A stretch of DNA of 63,152 bases from Pelomyxa schiedti (Eukaryota; Protista; Evosea): assembly GCA_020536535.1 (NCBI GenBank), contig JAHLWZ010000414.1, positions 1-63,152 of the forward strand. The letters are read 5' to 3'. The position numbers and the translations under genes are program-made. How positions within the stretch are numbered: position 1 is the first letter of the stretch; each line of letters opens with the position of its first letter. Under the pieces are notes generated by a model. It did no database searches. It was not told the DNA's origin and was given only the letters and a program-made list of their open reading frames with translations. This document shows positions 10,884 through 23,515 of this stretch, piece after piece.

Positions 10884-12386
10884 ATGGTGTCGTGGGGTTT
10901 TTTGTGGGGCGTGGGCGTGGTGATTGTGCCTGTTTTGGGATTATGGGCTGTGATCGCTCGACGTAGACGACACCCAGACGGAGACGCAACCCATAAGTTC
11001 GACGAACGGGACTACGAATCGTACGCAATGTTAACCGTGTGTTTCTCTTGTTATATTGGGTTCCTGGTTCCAAAGTTAGTTATGGCCTAATGTTAATGTT
11101 TGATTTGATTGAGGTAGTGCCAGTACTGCAACCATAGAATGAGAGGTGTTCAAAGTCTAAGAGAACACTTGAGGCTGTGTGCTGGTTTGTGCTGCCCTAT
11201 TTGCCAAGAAAGGCAGGATTCCAGGTTTTTTGCGTCTCATGTGGAACAGTGCCTCTTTGGTGCGATTTTAGTCTTCCGCTATTACGGATTATTTACTTGA
11301 GTAATACACTTAATATCACAGTCAGAGAGGGGATTTCATTCATTTTTCTTAACCTTATGTTGCTACAGCATGCCCGGGATGTAAAGAAAGGGTGTCACGT
11401 GGAATTTGGACTTCACATTACTCTGAGTGCCCAGAGGCCTCTATTGTTTGTACCACATGTTACCTCACATATCCGCGCCGAGTGCTGGAAGCTGATCACT
11501 CTTCTGTCTGTGGGGGAGTCAATGTAACTTGTCCCGACTGCAAACAAGTCCATCGCCGTAGCCATAATGATTTACACCGCGCCATATGCCCCATGGCACT
11601 GGTTTTGTGCAAAAACTGCTCCCAGGAATACCCAAAAAAAGATGACTGGGCACACGTGCTGCAGTGTGGGAAATCAGAAAAGCGTAAAGAACCCTACAAT
11701 GCCCACACACCTGAAAGATGTGAGACCTCTGCTACTTCTGCTCACATTGCACAAGGCCCTCTTGGCATCCCACCGAATGCTCCCGGCACTTCTTTTTCAA
11801 CAACCTCCACAACAACTACCCCCTCCCCACTTTCCACTAGCAAGGCGAGTACCACACATTTCACAGCTGCTTCCCCTTCAGGCACTGATACTGCCTCGGC
11901 GGCCCCACGAGTGACGGATGAGCTGCAAATAGTGCAGGAACCACAAATAAGTGTGTGTATCAGTTGAAGAGCCCCATATTTCGATGACTCCTTAACATCA
12001 GTGAAAAACAGTGTGTAAGAACGGCTGTGGTAGCAGCTTATATGCCTCCGAGCAGGAAATTCATGACCTGACCTGCACTGCTATAAACAAGGAGTATGAA
12101 ATGATTGAATGTGCTTCCTGCCGTGAATCCTTTCCTTCTGTATCTGTCACAAAAGAGCCCCCATTCTTGTGTTCCTCGTGCAACGGTCTGTATTTGCACT
12201 TGTACCCAAATCCCAAATACTTACAATTGAGCAGACATTATTTGGGTTAAGTACACTGAGAAAACTGACAAAGTTCAAATTGTATCCCGCAAGTCTCAGC
12301 TGCTAACTGCTTTCGTTAAAGGTCTTCGTGCCCGTGGTGCTAGGGACATCACATATGTGGATGGTCCTTATCCCAGTAGAAATTGA
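10884..12386 (+). CDS. N-terminally membrane-anchored TRAF-type zinc-finger protein (multi-exon)
   Basis: Hydrophobic N-terminus followed by RRRR. Repeated CxxC-x11/12-H-x3/4-C units (CQYCNH..EHLRLC, CPGCKE..SHYSECP, CPDCKQ..LHRAICP, CKNCSQ..AHVLQC, CKNGCG..IHDLTC). Stop TGA 12384-12386. Confidence 0.7.
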
Positions 12387-12641
12387 AATAAAAAAAACAC
12401 TGTGGATTTGTTCACAGAACATACATGGCTCTCTTGCTAACTACTTTTACTACCTTTAACACAGTAATTCCTTTTCTTTTCTGTGGGGTGGAGTGTTGAC
12501 TCCCACTTGGGTCATGCAGCGGGTTTTCAGAAAGCATACTGGTAAAGACACTAGTAAACTAAAAAAGAATGTAACAAAAGAAAGTGATGTCTTCTTTTGG
12601 TTTTGCTCCAGGAACTTTTTTGTTTCCTATGTAGGTTGCTC

Positions 12642-15600
12642 TCACAGTCCACGTGATGATTCAATGTCAGAGAAGTAGCCGCATAGTGTATCGAGTGCCT
12701 TGATTGTGGGCCGGAGGCCGGGGTGTGGGTCTAAGCACACGCTCATTATCTGAAGCCTAAGACGGTTCTGCTGGTCAGCTTCAACTGATGTTGTGAATTT
12801 TGCAACTGTGGGAGGGAATGGAGTGATGTCACCCGCGAGGACACCCCGGCCAACAAGAGTGGGGCACAGACCGGTCCGATACCCGCTGTTATGGGATATT
12901 GGTGTGGTGCCGGTTGTGCCTGATGCTTGTGATGGTGATGGTAATTGTGATGAGGGTGAGGGTGAGGATGAGTAGTCAGTGTAGATGTATTTGTTGGCGT
13001 GTTGTGGTATTGTGATGATGTGTGCGTATGGCCGCGAAAGCGGCGCCAGGAGAGCAGCCGCGGTGATTCCTGAATCACACAAAGTCAGTTGGGTACGCGA
13101 GAGGGATGGGGATGGGATACCGAAGCTCCAGACGTCGGCCTTGGTGTCAAAGAACTGGTGTGAAAGAACCTCCGGGGCAAAGAAGTTCAACTGGTCTGGT
13201 GAAAACTCAATTGATGAGGGAAGTCTCGAACACCCCAAGGAGAGAGTAACGGCTCGGCCTGAATCCCGGATCTGGAGATTTCCTTGTTAGACGGGAGAAA
13301 ACAAAAAGATTCAAAGCTGACCTTTGCAAAAGGATCAGTTTCAAGTGACAGAATGGCGATGTTTCCTGTCGTGCAAGTGAGATATTGTATGTGCGGTTGT
13401 TTGACCAGAGAAAAAACCAAAACAAAAGATAAGAGAAGGGAACCTGGGCAAATTTCGCTGTGGACGACAGGAGGATTTTGGTTGTGAAGTCCATGCAATT
13501 CTTCTGCCACATTTTTCAGTATCTTCATCCTCGTTCTGAACGGAATAACTTGGTCCAGGACTGATGTGGTTCCGTTCCCTTTTTCAATGAGCACAGTCAG
13601 CAAGTCAGCGAGAGTCATGTGTTCAGGAAGCTCATCACCAAAGATTTCCTTGTATCTGGGAGGGATGCTCGGGGTTGGAATTGCTTTCTTTAGGCCAGGC
13701 GGAATTTCTAGTTCGGGAAATGGAACCGGCACAAGATCAGGGGCAAGTGCGTCAATGCGAATTTGATGGCTCTTTTCCTTCCCACAGGTTAGTTCAGCCT
13801 CTCCATTTTTCACAGCATTGAGAATGTCACTTTTGGCGAAACTAAACATATCGCGTGGCAAAGCCGTCAGCTTCTCAGGAGAGGTCCACTTTTCTGGTGA
13901 TTGATACGCCCGGAGCAGGCAATGGGGACAAGAGAATGTTTCAACACAATCATCAACCCAAGGGAACGGAGTTTCGTTTTCTTCTTCAAATCGCACAAAC
14001 ATCAGCTGGCACAAATGGTGCAGAGTACCCATAAGGGAAGACCAGAAGCTCCGCTGCTGTGAGAGTGTCCAGTGTTCTTCACATGTCGATCGCATGCAAA
14101 TGGAAACGACATTATTTTGGCATGTCATGAGCAAAAAGAGTTTTTCCCAGTCTTGTCCATCATGTTCACAGGTGTGAGAGAGAAAGAATTCACCACGGTG
14201 CCAACAGAACTGTGAGGCCCATTGAGGGCCCAGAGAACTGGAGAGTCTGGAAACTGCTTTAATGAGCACTTCTCGTGGAAACAGTGGTAGCAGGATTGTT
14301 CTCCCAGTCATTTTCCCCTCAATTGCAACGGCAGGATCCTTCTTACTTCTTTTACCTTTTCTGGGAGACTCCGTTCCCGTCAAAGCACGCATAAACCGTT
14401 CAGCCATTCTGTTGGAAGCGTCTTGGGATAGGGACGGGAACAGAGAAAAATACTGCTCCTCGATAGCTCCAGCAGTATTTGCCAATAACTGTTCAAAGAT
14501 GCCAAAAGAAGCCAAAATTGCGGCGAGATCCTCCGTTCTTCTCATGTTGGGTCTTTTTTTCCCTTGTGCTGCAGATCTGATATCAGCAACTAGACCGGTC
14601 AAAAAGGAACGCGGTTCCAGAATTACCAACTCAGAGAGAAATGGCGCTTGTGGAGTGGCAGCACCAGGGTGGTTCGATGGCGAAAGCCAAAAGGGATACC
14701 TGAAGTGGATGATGGTTCCAATTGAAGCCAGGAAGTGCGCACACTTCTCAATTTCTGTAGTTCTTCCTGATACACCACACTTTCTGGCATCTTCAACAAA
14801 CTCTATCCATTTCTTTGTTGCACATCCTCCACCACCCACCTCCATTGATTTTCTGAGCTGCGTGTTGAAAGCAATCCAACTATGGGGAGCAGTGGTTGCG
14901 GTGCAACCTGGAGTGCCGTCATCATTCCTTGCTTCATTCTCGAGACAAGAAACGAACTCGGCCACCCCTCGCGGAAATGGTGTCATTCCAGTTCGTTCGC
15001 ACTTCCATCCCTTTCCATCACTCAGTTGCAGTAAGAAGGCCCACGGTACACTTGGATTCTCGAAGATTGATTTCAAGATATTGTATGTGTGCTCCTCCCC
15101 AAGGACATCAATGGCCCGCTCCATGTGAGTGGCAACAGGGATGACGGTTCTCTTTAGTTTGTCACCCCTGCTTCTGGCAACCGTGATTTCGTTCAGCCAA
15201 CGCCTAATGCTTGGATTCAGGTACATTTTGTGAAAATTGAAGACCACGATGAAGATTGACTTGCTGAGGAGGAACCATGGGTGAAATGGTGACAGTGAAT
15301 CCCCTCCTGTGTATGTGTAATTTGTTGTGTGAGTTTTCTTTAGCTGAAATGAAAAAGGAAACAGCGCACCAAGGTCCCACACTGTCCAGGAGATGGGTGG
15401 TGTTTTGCTGCTGAAACTCAAGTTGTGATGCACAGAAATCCCTGTTGGAACGTGCTTTGTTGTGAGACTTTTCTTGCTCTTAATCATGCACCTAAGTAGT
15501 GTCGTCTTCCCCACTCTACTGTCTCCAACAAGCACAAGTTTTCGGCTCAGTGCCCCTTCTTGTGCAGGAGTTTTTACAGCTTGATTGGAACTCAATATTG

Positions 15601-16948
15601 CATTGGGCATGCCTGCCAGCCAACGGGGTATTTTGTGAATGTTATTGTTGGAGAGGTCGAGTGTCTTGCATGAAAGGGTTTTTAACTCATCTGGAACTGA
15701 TTTCAATGACATCTGCGAGAGGTCGATGTCTTCAGATACAGTGAGGGAGCGAGCCATGCACGCAACACCAACAGCAACCCAGTTCTTTGCCTTTATCCAG
15801 GTACTCAGTGCCATTGTCACGTTGAAGGAGGATATCAGTGGCCTGTAGTCGTGCACCAACTGCATGATCATATGTGCCGTTGTCACACCCGCTGTTGAAA
15901 CTTCAGTGACTGATGGCGTGCTCAACAGTGGTAGTGGTTCCGGTTTTCTAGACAGGTAATTTTTCTTTTCAAGGTCTTGGCGCACGAACATGGCCTCATT
16001 TCCAAGCTGTAACGCTTCTGAGAGCGCTGGTAGCAGTGCGTCCAAAGGGTCATCTTTTGGTGACCACTTCAGCATTTTGAAGGCACAAAACTATGTTGCT
16101 CTTGTGTCAGAAAGATTTGTAAAAACAAAGGAAACTGGGAAACCCACTTGAAAAGCAACACTAATAGCCTCAAGTGCATTGCGATGAGGGTCCCTCAGAG
16201 GTGAGGCCAACATGCAGTCAACCATCAAAAGAGTTGCTCCTGGCGAATCATGTGGGCCCTGCTTTATGCTATGTTCAGGCAACAACTTCTTCACCATATC
16301 AGACATTGACTCCAAGGATTCAGAATGCAAAACACTGTACAGGAATATGATCAACACTTTTTTCCCAGTTGATTTTTTCCTGTGGCAGATTATTAAAACC
16401 GCATATTGTTAAATAATAAAAACAAACAATAAAAAAGAATAAATAAAAACAAGCGAACAAAGTAAACTAACAAATAATGAATAAAAGCAACAATAGTACT
16501 CTTCGTGAACCCGGTGAGCGAGTTTTATTATGCTGTTATCCGTGTTGTATCGGTAAAAAATATATCCACTTCGTCCACCCTCGGCGACGTGGTCCCACAA
16601 TGTCAATTTGTTGGACTTGCCGATGATGGACTTGAGTTGAGCGTCGGTTCCCGTCCACGGCCCGTTTGCTTTCGCCGAGCCATTTTTCGCGGCAGTCTGC
16701 TCTGGTGAGACACAATTTGCTTGGCCTGGTTGGGCTGTGGCGCAGCGGTTGACGATGATTATGGGAGAGGTGGGGGCGGACTCATTGAGGTAGATGGAGG
16801 AGCCGCAAGAGCTAGCTGCCGAAGCGAAGAGGCCGTTGACGAGGGTCTCCGGGCCTACGACGAAACAGAGGACCGGGTCGTCGTCGGGCCCACCCGTGTC
16901 GGCGTCGGTCTCCACCTCGGTACTAAGTAGGTAACTAGTCGTGTGCAT
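12642..16948 (-). CDS. Roco family protein (LRR-Roc-COR-degenerate kinase), multi-exon
   Basis: LRRs IDLSQMSLKSVP/LDLSNNNIHKIP. Roc P-loop LVLVGDSRVGKTT, WTVWDLGG, IPVATH. COR FLASIGTIIHF, CPHCL, IDALAPDL. Kinase C-lobe LHNQNPPVVHSE, FFAPEVL, ADVWSFGI, CLDPHPGLRPT. Confidence 0.85.
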
Positions 16949-17075
16949 GGACACGGAATCGCCACTTCAGCGAAACGAAACTTTTCGCTTCAAAACACTG
17001 TTTCTCCGCTGTTTCTTCACAACACACCACGAAAAACAAACAACCAGAGACATCAAAGAAGAAGGTTTTTTTACT

Positions 17076-19145
17076 TTACAGAAAGATAAACCCGGAGAAA
17101 ACGTCGAGAAGTGCCCGCATCTCTCTCCTCAAACGGAAGGTTACGACATGAGTGCCAGTGCGTTGCTCAACTACATTAATCTCGTCGTCGTCGGTTGATG
17201 TGAACAGCAGGCCACTTTCAATAAATACACCTGCCGACGGTTCTGCACAGGCATTCCCGTCTACCAATTTCACCCTCCCTGCAGTTGTCATATCCTTGAC
17301 ATCCCACAACTTGTAATCATAATCCCAATCCTCGGCGGTGAGGTCGTCCCGGTCGCGCGAGCGGAATTCGGCATCCTTGAACAGACACAGCTCCGACGTG
17401 TTGAGCCCCACTATTCTGGCAGTTTCATTGCATCTGATGTTGTGCGGAAAGGTTGGTGTCACTTTGCCAGTCCCCTCTTCCACTCTGTAGGAAGGAAAGT
17501 TCGGACCGGGCTGGTTCATGACAAAGTAATGAGTATTGCCACCCTCCTTTTTCAGTACAATGTAGTCTGGGCCCTCAAAAATATCCGCGCTCAGGTTTCT
17601 ATCCTGCTTACGCATGCCCGATTGTTCTGGAATAGTTGTGCTCAGCTTAACGAGCTGCTTCTGTGCAAAGGTCTGGGCAAGGTCCACCAAAACAAACTCA
17701 AAGCGCTCTCTACTTAATCGGCACTGGAGAAGCATCAAGTCTTCCTCTAGGCTGCAAATTATTGGCCAGCATCTTCCAAGGCTGGAAATGTCAAGTTGAA
17801 CAACAGTTGGCTTTGTGAGACCTGTATATTTCCCCCTTGGAATTTGAAAAAGATGTATCGTTCCGTGAGATTTCGAATCTTCCTCCTCACGGATATGAGT
17901 TCCAGAGCACAGAACGAACCATTTCCCGTTTGTGACATGCATGTAATACCTGTCTCGGTTGTGCCACAGAGTTCTCCATTGGTCTTTTTTATGTCCATGC
18001 AAGAAGTAATGGTGTTTCTTTCTCATCACCATGCAATTCTCAGTGGCACAAAGAACGGTGTTCTTCTCCCAGCTCTGGTGGCAGCACAACCACCTCATAC
18101 TGTGGGTTAGTGTCATCAGAAACAGAGAGACACCAAAGCCAACCCGCACTGTAACCAAGTTTCGGTCAGCACAAGTAATGCAGAACCACATGGACTCCTC
18201 CACAATCCGTCCCCACACCTGTTTGATGGCAACGCCACAATCGGGCACCATAAGCAACCAAGATTTCCGCATCTTGGGTGTGTGGCCATGAGCAGGGCCA
18301 GGAGCTGCCTCTGCGCCGTCACGTTAAGCATTTTGTCCTCTTGGTGGGGCCGCTCAACTCTGTGCCTTCGTCCGAAGGGTTAATAGGGAGATACACCACG
18401 GGGATAATGGTAACTAATTCCTTGTGATGAGCAATATGCTGTTTCTTAGGGCGCGCATTGCTGGTTTTAGGATCAGGTGCCAGCGTCTTGTGTTGGTGTT
18501 CTCGTTTTTCTTTATGTTTGTGCTCTCGATTTTCTTTATGTTTGTGCTCTTTTTGCTTTATTGTATTGATTTCCTTGACACCACTTTGTGCTTCCGTCCT
18601 TTTTTCTGGTCTTTCTATCGTCGCCGCTTTTGGGTTTTCTGAGGCCTATGTTGTTGTTTCCGCAGTGACAGACCTCCCAGACACCACATGTTGTATTGCA
18701 GGCATAGAAACCATCACGGCGGGAATAAGTTCTCGTGGCGTCCCAGGGGTGGTTGTGAGCCTCTGGTGGCTTTGGTGTTGATCGGGTGCCAGTGAGCTCC
18801 CAGAAACTGCAGGCACAAGCACAGAAGGAACCACTTCGTGCTGGTTTCCAGATGTTGTGAGCCCTGGATGACTTTGGGGATCGGGTAGCCGCGTCGGGAC
18901 AGTATCCTTCAGCTGGCCTTCATGGGTGCTTTCTTCATCACTTATGCTGGTTTGTATTTCTTTGGTTCTGGTCCTGCTGTTTTCGTTGGTGCTTCTGCCG
19001 TTGTTGTTGCTGGTGCTGTTGGTGCTGTTCGTGTTGGTGTTGGTGTTGGTTTTGAGGCTGTTGTTGTTTTGGAGGCAGTGGTTGAACTTGGTGTTTGTGG
19101 TGTGTTGTTGGAGTCAAAGGTATTGGAATCGTCGATTGTATACAT
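17076..19145 (-). pseudogene. Member of lineage-expanded QLLALxxAxHPRCG orphan family; disrupted 5' half
   Basis: Intronless 398-codon 3' ORF. The QRQLLALLMATHPRCG motif is out of frame with it (one A missing at 18264-18266 versus the paralog at about 33650). In-frame stops at 18646-18648 and 18942-18944 in the low-complexity 5' part. Confidence 0.6.
18495..18553. repeat. Imperfect 21-bp tandem repeat (about 3 copies) encoding EHKHKE(N/K)R on the minus strand
   Basis: Repeated tttctttatgtttgtgctct units seen directly. Confidence 0.7.
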
Positions 19146-19385
19146 ATTTTTGGAGACGGCCTCTTGCCTAAATAGCTGCGGTCCTTGTCCTTTTGTTTGT
19201 TGTTCTTCTTTGTTTCGTTGCGTTCTCCATCACCGTCTGGAAGAAAAGGGTAAGGCCTCAAGCTGTGCCTATAGGAAGCCACACATTCAAACATCATTAC
19301 CCACGTACCTTTCACTTCACCATTCAGACACAAGAAAATAACGAAACTTCTTTTTCCTTAGGCACGTGGGTGAGGGATGATTTGA

Positions 19386-22300
19386 TCAGATCTTCACAAG
19401 AGACAACAGCAACAAAGGAAGATACAAAAGCACGTGGGGAATAGCAGTACTTCCCTAACAGATAGGTTAAGTTGGCCATAAAAAGAGGCATACAGTGGAT
19501 ACTGAAATATCAGACACCTCGTGCTCACTAGATGATTCCCGGCTATTTGATGATGTTGTATGGCTAGTGCTCGTACTTGTAGTAGTACTAGTACTTTCAG
19601 TTGTAGATATGGAGCCACTTTCTTCATAACTCTCACTATCACTTTCGCTTTCACTCTCACTTTCACTGCCTCCTTCACTTGCACTCTCACTCTCGCCTTC
19701 GCTTGTGCTCTCACTTTCACTTTTACTGTGGCTATGACTCTTGCTAGCACTTGTGCTTTGAGTTGTACTTGCGCTTGCGCTTGTGCTTGTGCTTTTAGTT
19801 GTGCTCGTACTCGTGCTTGTGCTTGGCGTTGTGCTCGTGCTCGTGCTTGCGCTTGGAGTTGTGCTCGTGCTTGTGCTTCGACTCATGCTTCCAGTGGTGC
19901 TCGTACTTTCACCTGTGCTACTTTGGCTTGTGCTTGTACTTTCACTCCTACTGCGGCTTCCACTGAGACTGGTGCTTGTACTAGTAGATGTGGATCTGGA
20001 ATTAGAAGTGCTACTGCTCACACTGGTACTTGAACTAGATGTGCTTACGCTCATACTTTCACTCGATGAGATACTCTCTGAAGTACTCAGAGCTGTTAAG
20101 GCATTTAAAAGAAAGAAAGAGTGGTTGGAACTCACCTGTGGACACCGCATGTATTTTCAAGTAATTCAAGATGGTGTAACTGGTAAGGGAAAAGTTTTGC
20201 AGGTATCAGAATGGTCTCAAAAATGGGAATGTCGATACCCATCATTATTTCCAACAATCATTATAAGATCACCTCCATTGGCAGATGGTAAAACAACAAC
20301 ATTGGCACCGTATTCTCGTACACCAGAACAACAGGTAGGATTACAAGAGTAGTTGCGCAGCACAACATTGTTTATACTGATGAACTCGGTATCATGACGA
20401 CTTGTGAAGAAATAGGTGAGAAATACAATACTGTTGAGTGGAAGAGGGAGTGGAAAACAAACCATACTTCAGGCCACCCAAGCCCGACAGTGACATAGTA
20501 TGTGCCTGGTTCGATCTGAAAGTGGAACTCATCTGTGGGAAGTGTGAACACTCTTTTCTCGCTAGAATGAAGACGAACCAGAAGATACCTGGGTGGTTAT
20601 AGTCATCATAGCAAAACGTTGATGTGAGGGTGTCTCCACGCCACTGATCATAGGCACAATGCAGAATTGGATTCCCAGGATCAATTGTGTTTGGGACATT
20701 CATGTACCTTGAATTCCATCCAAAGCCATTGCTGACATTATAAATATCGTAGCCAATTGGAATCCAACTATTGTTTGTAATGTTATGCAACCGATCAGTG
20801 GTATGTGCAATTACCTTGTCCCGTTGAATGCAAATGGTGTATGTGTAGAATTGGAAAAAGTTATCTGGAAGTCGATGTTGTAATCCCCGAATGGCCTGTT
20901 AGAAGGAGAAGCAAGATAAGGAAAATCGGTTCTAGTGCCTTCTATCTGAAAAGTATTACCTTGATATTTTCAAGTTGGATGGAATCTAACCTTCCTTCCC
21001 AGTTCGTGCCTCATTACATGAAGCGCGGTTGGGTTAGTCTGCCACACTCCCACAGCGAATCCTACTCCAATCACAGAATCATCCACAGATACTTTTTCCC
21101 ACACCTTTGGCTTGGAACCACCATTTGCAAGCCACAAATACTCGTAATCTTCTAGTCCCTCCCTAAGAAGCGCCGCAGAAATTCTGGGCCTAGCTGGGGC
21201 AGGGTCTGCCTGTCTCTTATCCCAGAAAATATCATCTTTATAATAGCCCCATCCTTCAACTCGGTTGGCCCATGCCACCCAAGGAATAACGCGATAATGC
21301 AACCCATCATTCAAGGCAACTGGATCCTCTGCGCCATTATCTCCTGTATTACTGACTGCTGGGGCAAGAACTGTGTTACATACTCCAGGTGATGCACATT
21401 CATTGTCAGTATCAAGTGTATAGAACCAGCTTGTCTCACCAAGAGACTGACGGTACCATGTATATGACGGATTATATCGCCAGATATGGGCAGTCCAAAT
21501 GTCGTAACTAGAAAGAGATAAGGACCAATGCAGGAAGATGTCGGTTTATACGAGCAGTAATCAAAATCTGGCCTTTCAGCAATATCTGGTTGTGCTTCAC
21601 GACTTAGCATAATTTTCAAGTTAGGTGCACTTGCACGTGCAACAGAGCAAAGATATGCCTTTGGAAGAAGTAAATAGTTAGGGTGGAAATCCAAGGTTGC
21701 TTACGGAAATAGTATAATCATGCCTAACATGAATTAGCACAGAAAAAATTTCAATGCACAGCATACCAGTTTTGTGGTTCATTTTGGGTATACCAAAACC
21801 CTTTCGTTTTAGAATCAGCATAAAATCCCTGATCAGTGAAATACTGTTGCAGCGCGAGCAGGTACTTGCCCCATGCAGTCTCATAGGCGGAGTCACACAT
21901 CCACCCGTTGTACCCAGACCATTTGGAAGGGGTATTGCATGAGTGACCACAAAAAGGGTTCGGTCGACCACCATCAGTTGTAACTGCCTGGAAAGATGAA
22001 AACCCCCTGTCAATCCACGAGTCGTATGATACACCACGCCAAACAGACCCCTCACCCATGCCGTATCTCATTGCCAAACAGCCATTTGCCCAGACGCAAC
22101 TTTCCGCTGAAGTAGCTATCATAGGAGTTAGTACCCTATGGGAATGCCAATTTGTTTCAAAAATAATGAGATAAAAATACCGTTATCAGTATCGACTAAC
22201 GATTCAGTAGTACAATTCCATGCTACCTACAAGTTGGAATCAAATTAAATTGGACACCATCAGCAGTCGTACGAGTGTATATTCATACCCCATAATTAAG

Positions 22301-22442
22301 TCCTGCTGGCCACGCAGGATCAGGATAGCTCATACGGTGTTGCAGATAGACTTCCTTCCACGTATCTCGTGTGGCCAAGTCATCTGCCTCAATCTGTGGC
22401 TGAGACATCATGAATGTATCAAAGTGAGGTGTGCGGTCTATT

Positions 22443-22474
<32 letters not shown>

Positions 22475-23139
22475 AAAAAAAAAAAGTGAATAATCAACCC
22501 AAACCAAACCCAAAAATTTGAATACTGACCAAGGACAAAGTCGAACACATAGAGATTGATGGGGATCGCCAAAGGAGAACCCGAAGCCGGCGTGATCGTG
22601 AGGGTCGCGGTCCTCAGCCCCGCGGAAGAATCTCCCGGCACATACACCGTGATCCACAGCACGTTCGGCCGCGTGGCCGAGAGCGCCTGCGAGGCCCCCG
22701 GGGCCAGCGGGTCCGTGTAGTCCGTGACGTAGTACGTCCCCTGCCCCCACCCGCTGGCCTGCGACCACCCCGCGAAGCCGACGTCGGCCCACGACGACGC
22801 GCCGAGGGCCGGCGCGAAGGCCGACATGGAGACGGACATGGAGGCGAAGGCCGAGGTCGGCGCCACGACGACCTGGAAGGACTCGAGCTCCTCGCGGGCG
22901 CAGCTGATGGAGACCGCCGAGCCGGCGGCCGCGGGCGCCGCGACGTCCGTGTCGCGGATGCGCCGGGTCGCGGGCGCCGTCCACGCGGTGAAGCCGGTTA
23001 TCGACTGCGTGAGGGTGAAGGTGTAGTCGGCCTCGGAGAACGTGACGAGGTTCGCGTGGGCGGGCTGGCACGCGAGGCGCAGCAGCACAAGAAGCACAAA
23101 CGACGGCGACAACGAAACGACGGCGGTTAACGGGCGCAT
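19386..23139 (-). CDS. Secreted GH123/DUF4091-like glycoside hydrolase with Ser/Thr-rich stalk and putative GPI-anchor signal (multi-exon)
   Basis: Signal peptide MRPLTAVVSLSPSFVLLVLLRLACQPAHA. N-domain CAREELESFQVVV..LWITVYVPGDSSAG..IPINLYVFDF. DUF4091-like RISAALLREGLEDYEYLWL. About 170-aa S/T/E tract. Spliced C-terminus GSTAIPHVLLYLPLLLLSLVKI*. Confidence 0.75.
19540..20090 (-). repeat. Ser/Thr/Glu low-complexity coding repeat (AGCAC(A/G)-type hexamers)
   Basis: STSTST/SESESE tract within the GH123-like gene. Confidence 0.85.
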
Positions 23140-23351
23140 TTTTTTTTTGTTCAACTGGGGGTTTCCGGAAAAACCCGGGGATCTTGGTTGGACCCGAACA
23201 GATCGGGAATCTCTGGAGGGTGCATTGATCAGCGTGGTACGCGGTTCCTTGAGAACACACGTAAGAATGAATGGGCCCACCTTGAGGGGTGTCATCTTTT
23301 ACTCTCCCAGTTTCAGAACATCAGATAAAAACAAAAGGGGAAGAAACCGAG

Positions 23352-23468
23352 ATGCGGCGAGCGGGACGTGATTTCGGGGCATTGGAGGTTATTACGATAC
23401 CTGTTCGACCTCTGTCTGCAAATTGCTCCATAATCTCTAACAAAGCAACCAAGGAGGTATGTTGCCTG

Positions 23469-23515
<47 letters not shown>

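Noticed and set aside
14262-15128. 288-aa plus-strand ORF
   Set aside because: Antisense to the Roco COR domain; no independent motifs.
6288-16948. Toxin + F-box/kelch + TRAF zinc finger + Roco as an immunity gene cluster
   Set aside because: These families are abundant in amoebae, a housekeeping POP5 gene sits among them, and there is no evidence of co-regulation. Adjacency is likely chance.
17076-19145. Stop-codon reassignment explaining in-frame TAG/TAA
   Set aside because: Conserved genes in the window end normally at TAA, TAG and TGA, and this locus also has frameshifts, so decay is the simpler explanation.
19560-20352. Plus-strand ORFs rich in Cys/Ala/Thr or Leu/Val
   Set aside because: Antisense shadows of the Ser/Thr repeat in the minus-strand gene.
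22283-23260. 325-aa Arg/Gly-rich minus-strand ORF (and similar ORFs at 28175-28888 and 6431-6787)
   Set aside because: Alternative-frame artefacts of very GC-rich exons lacking stop codons.
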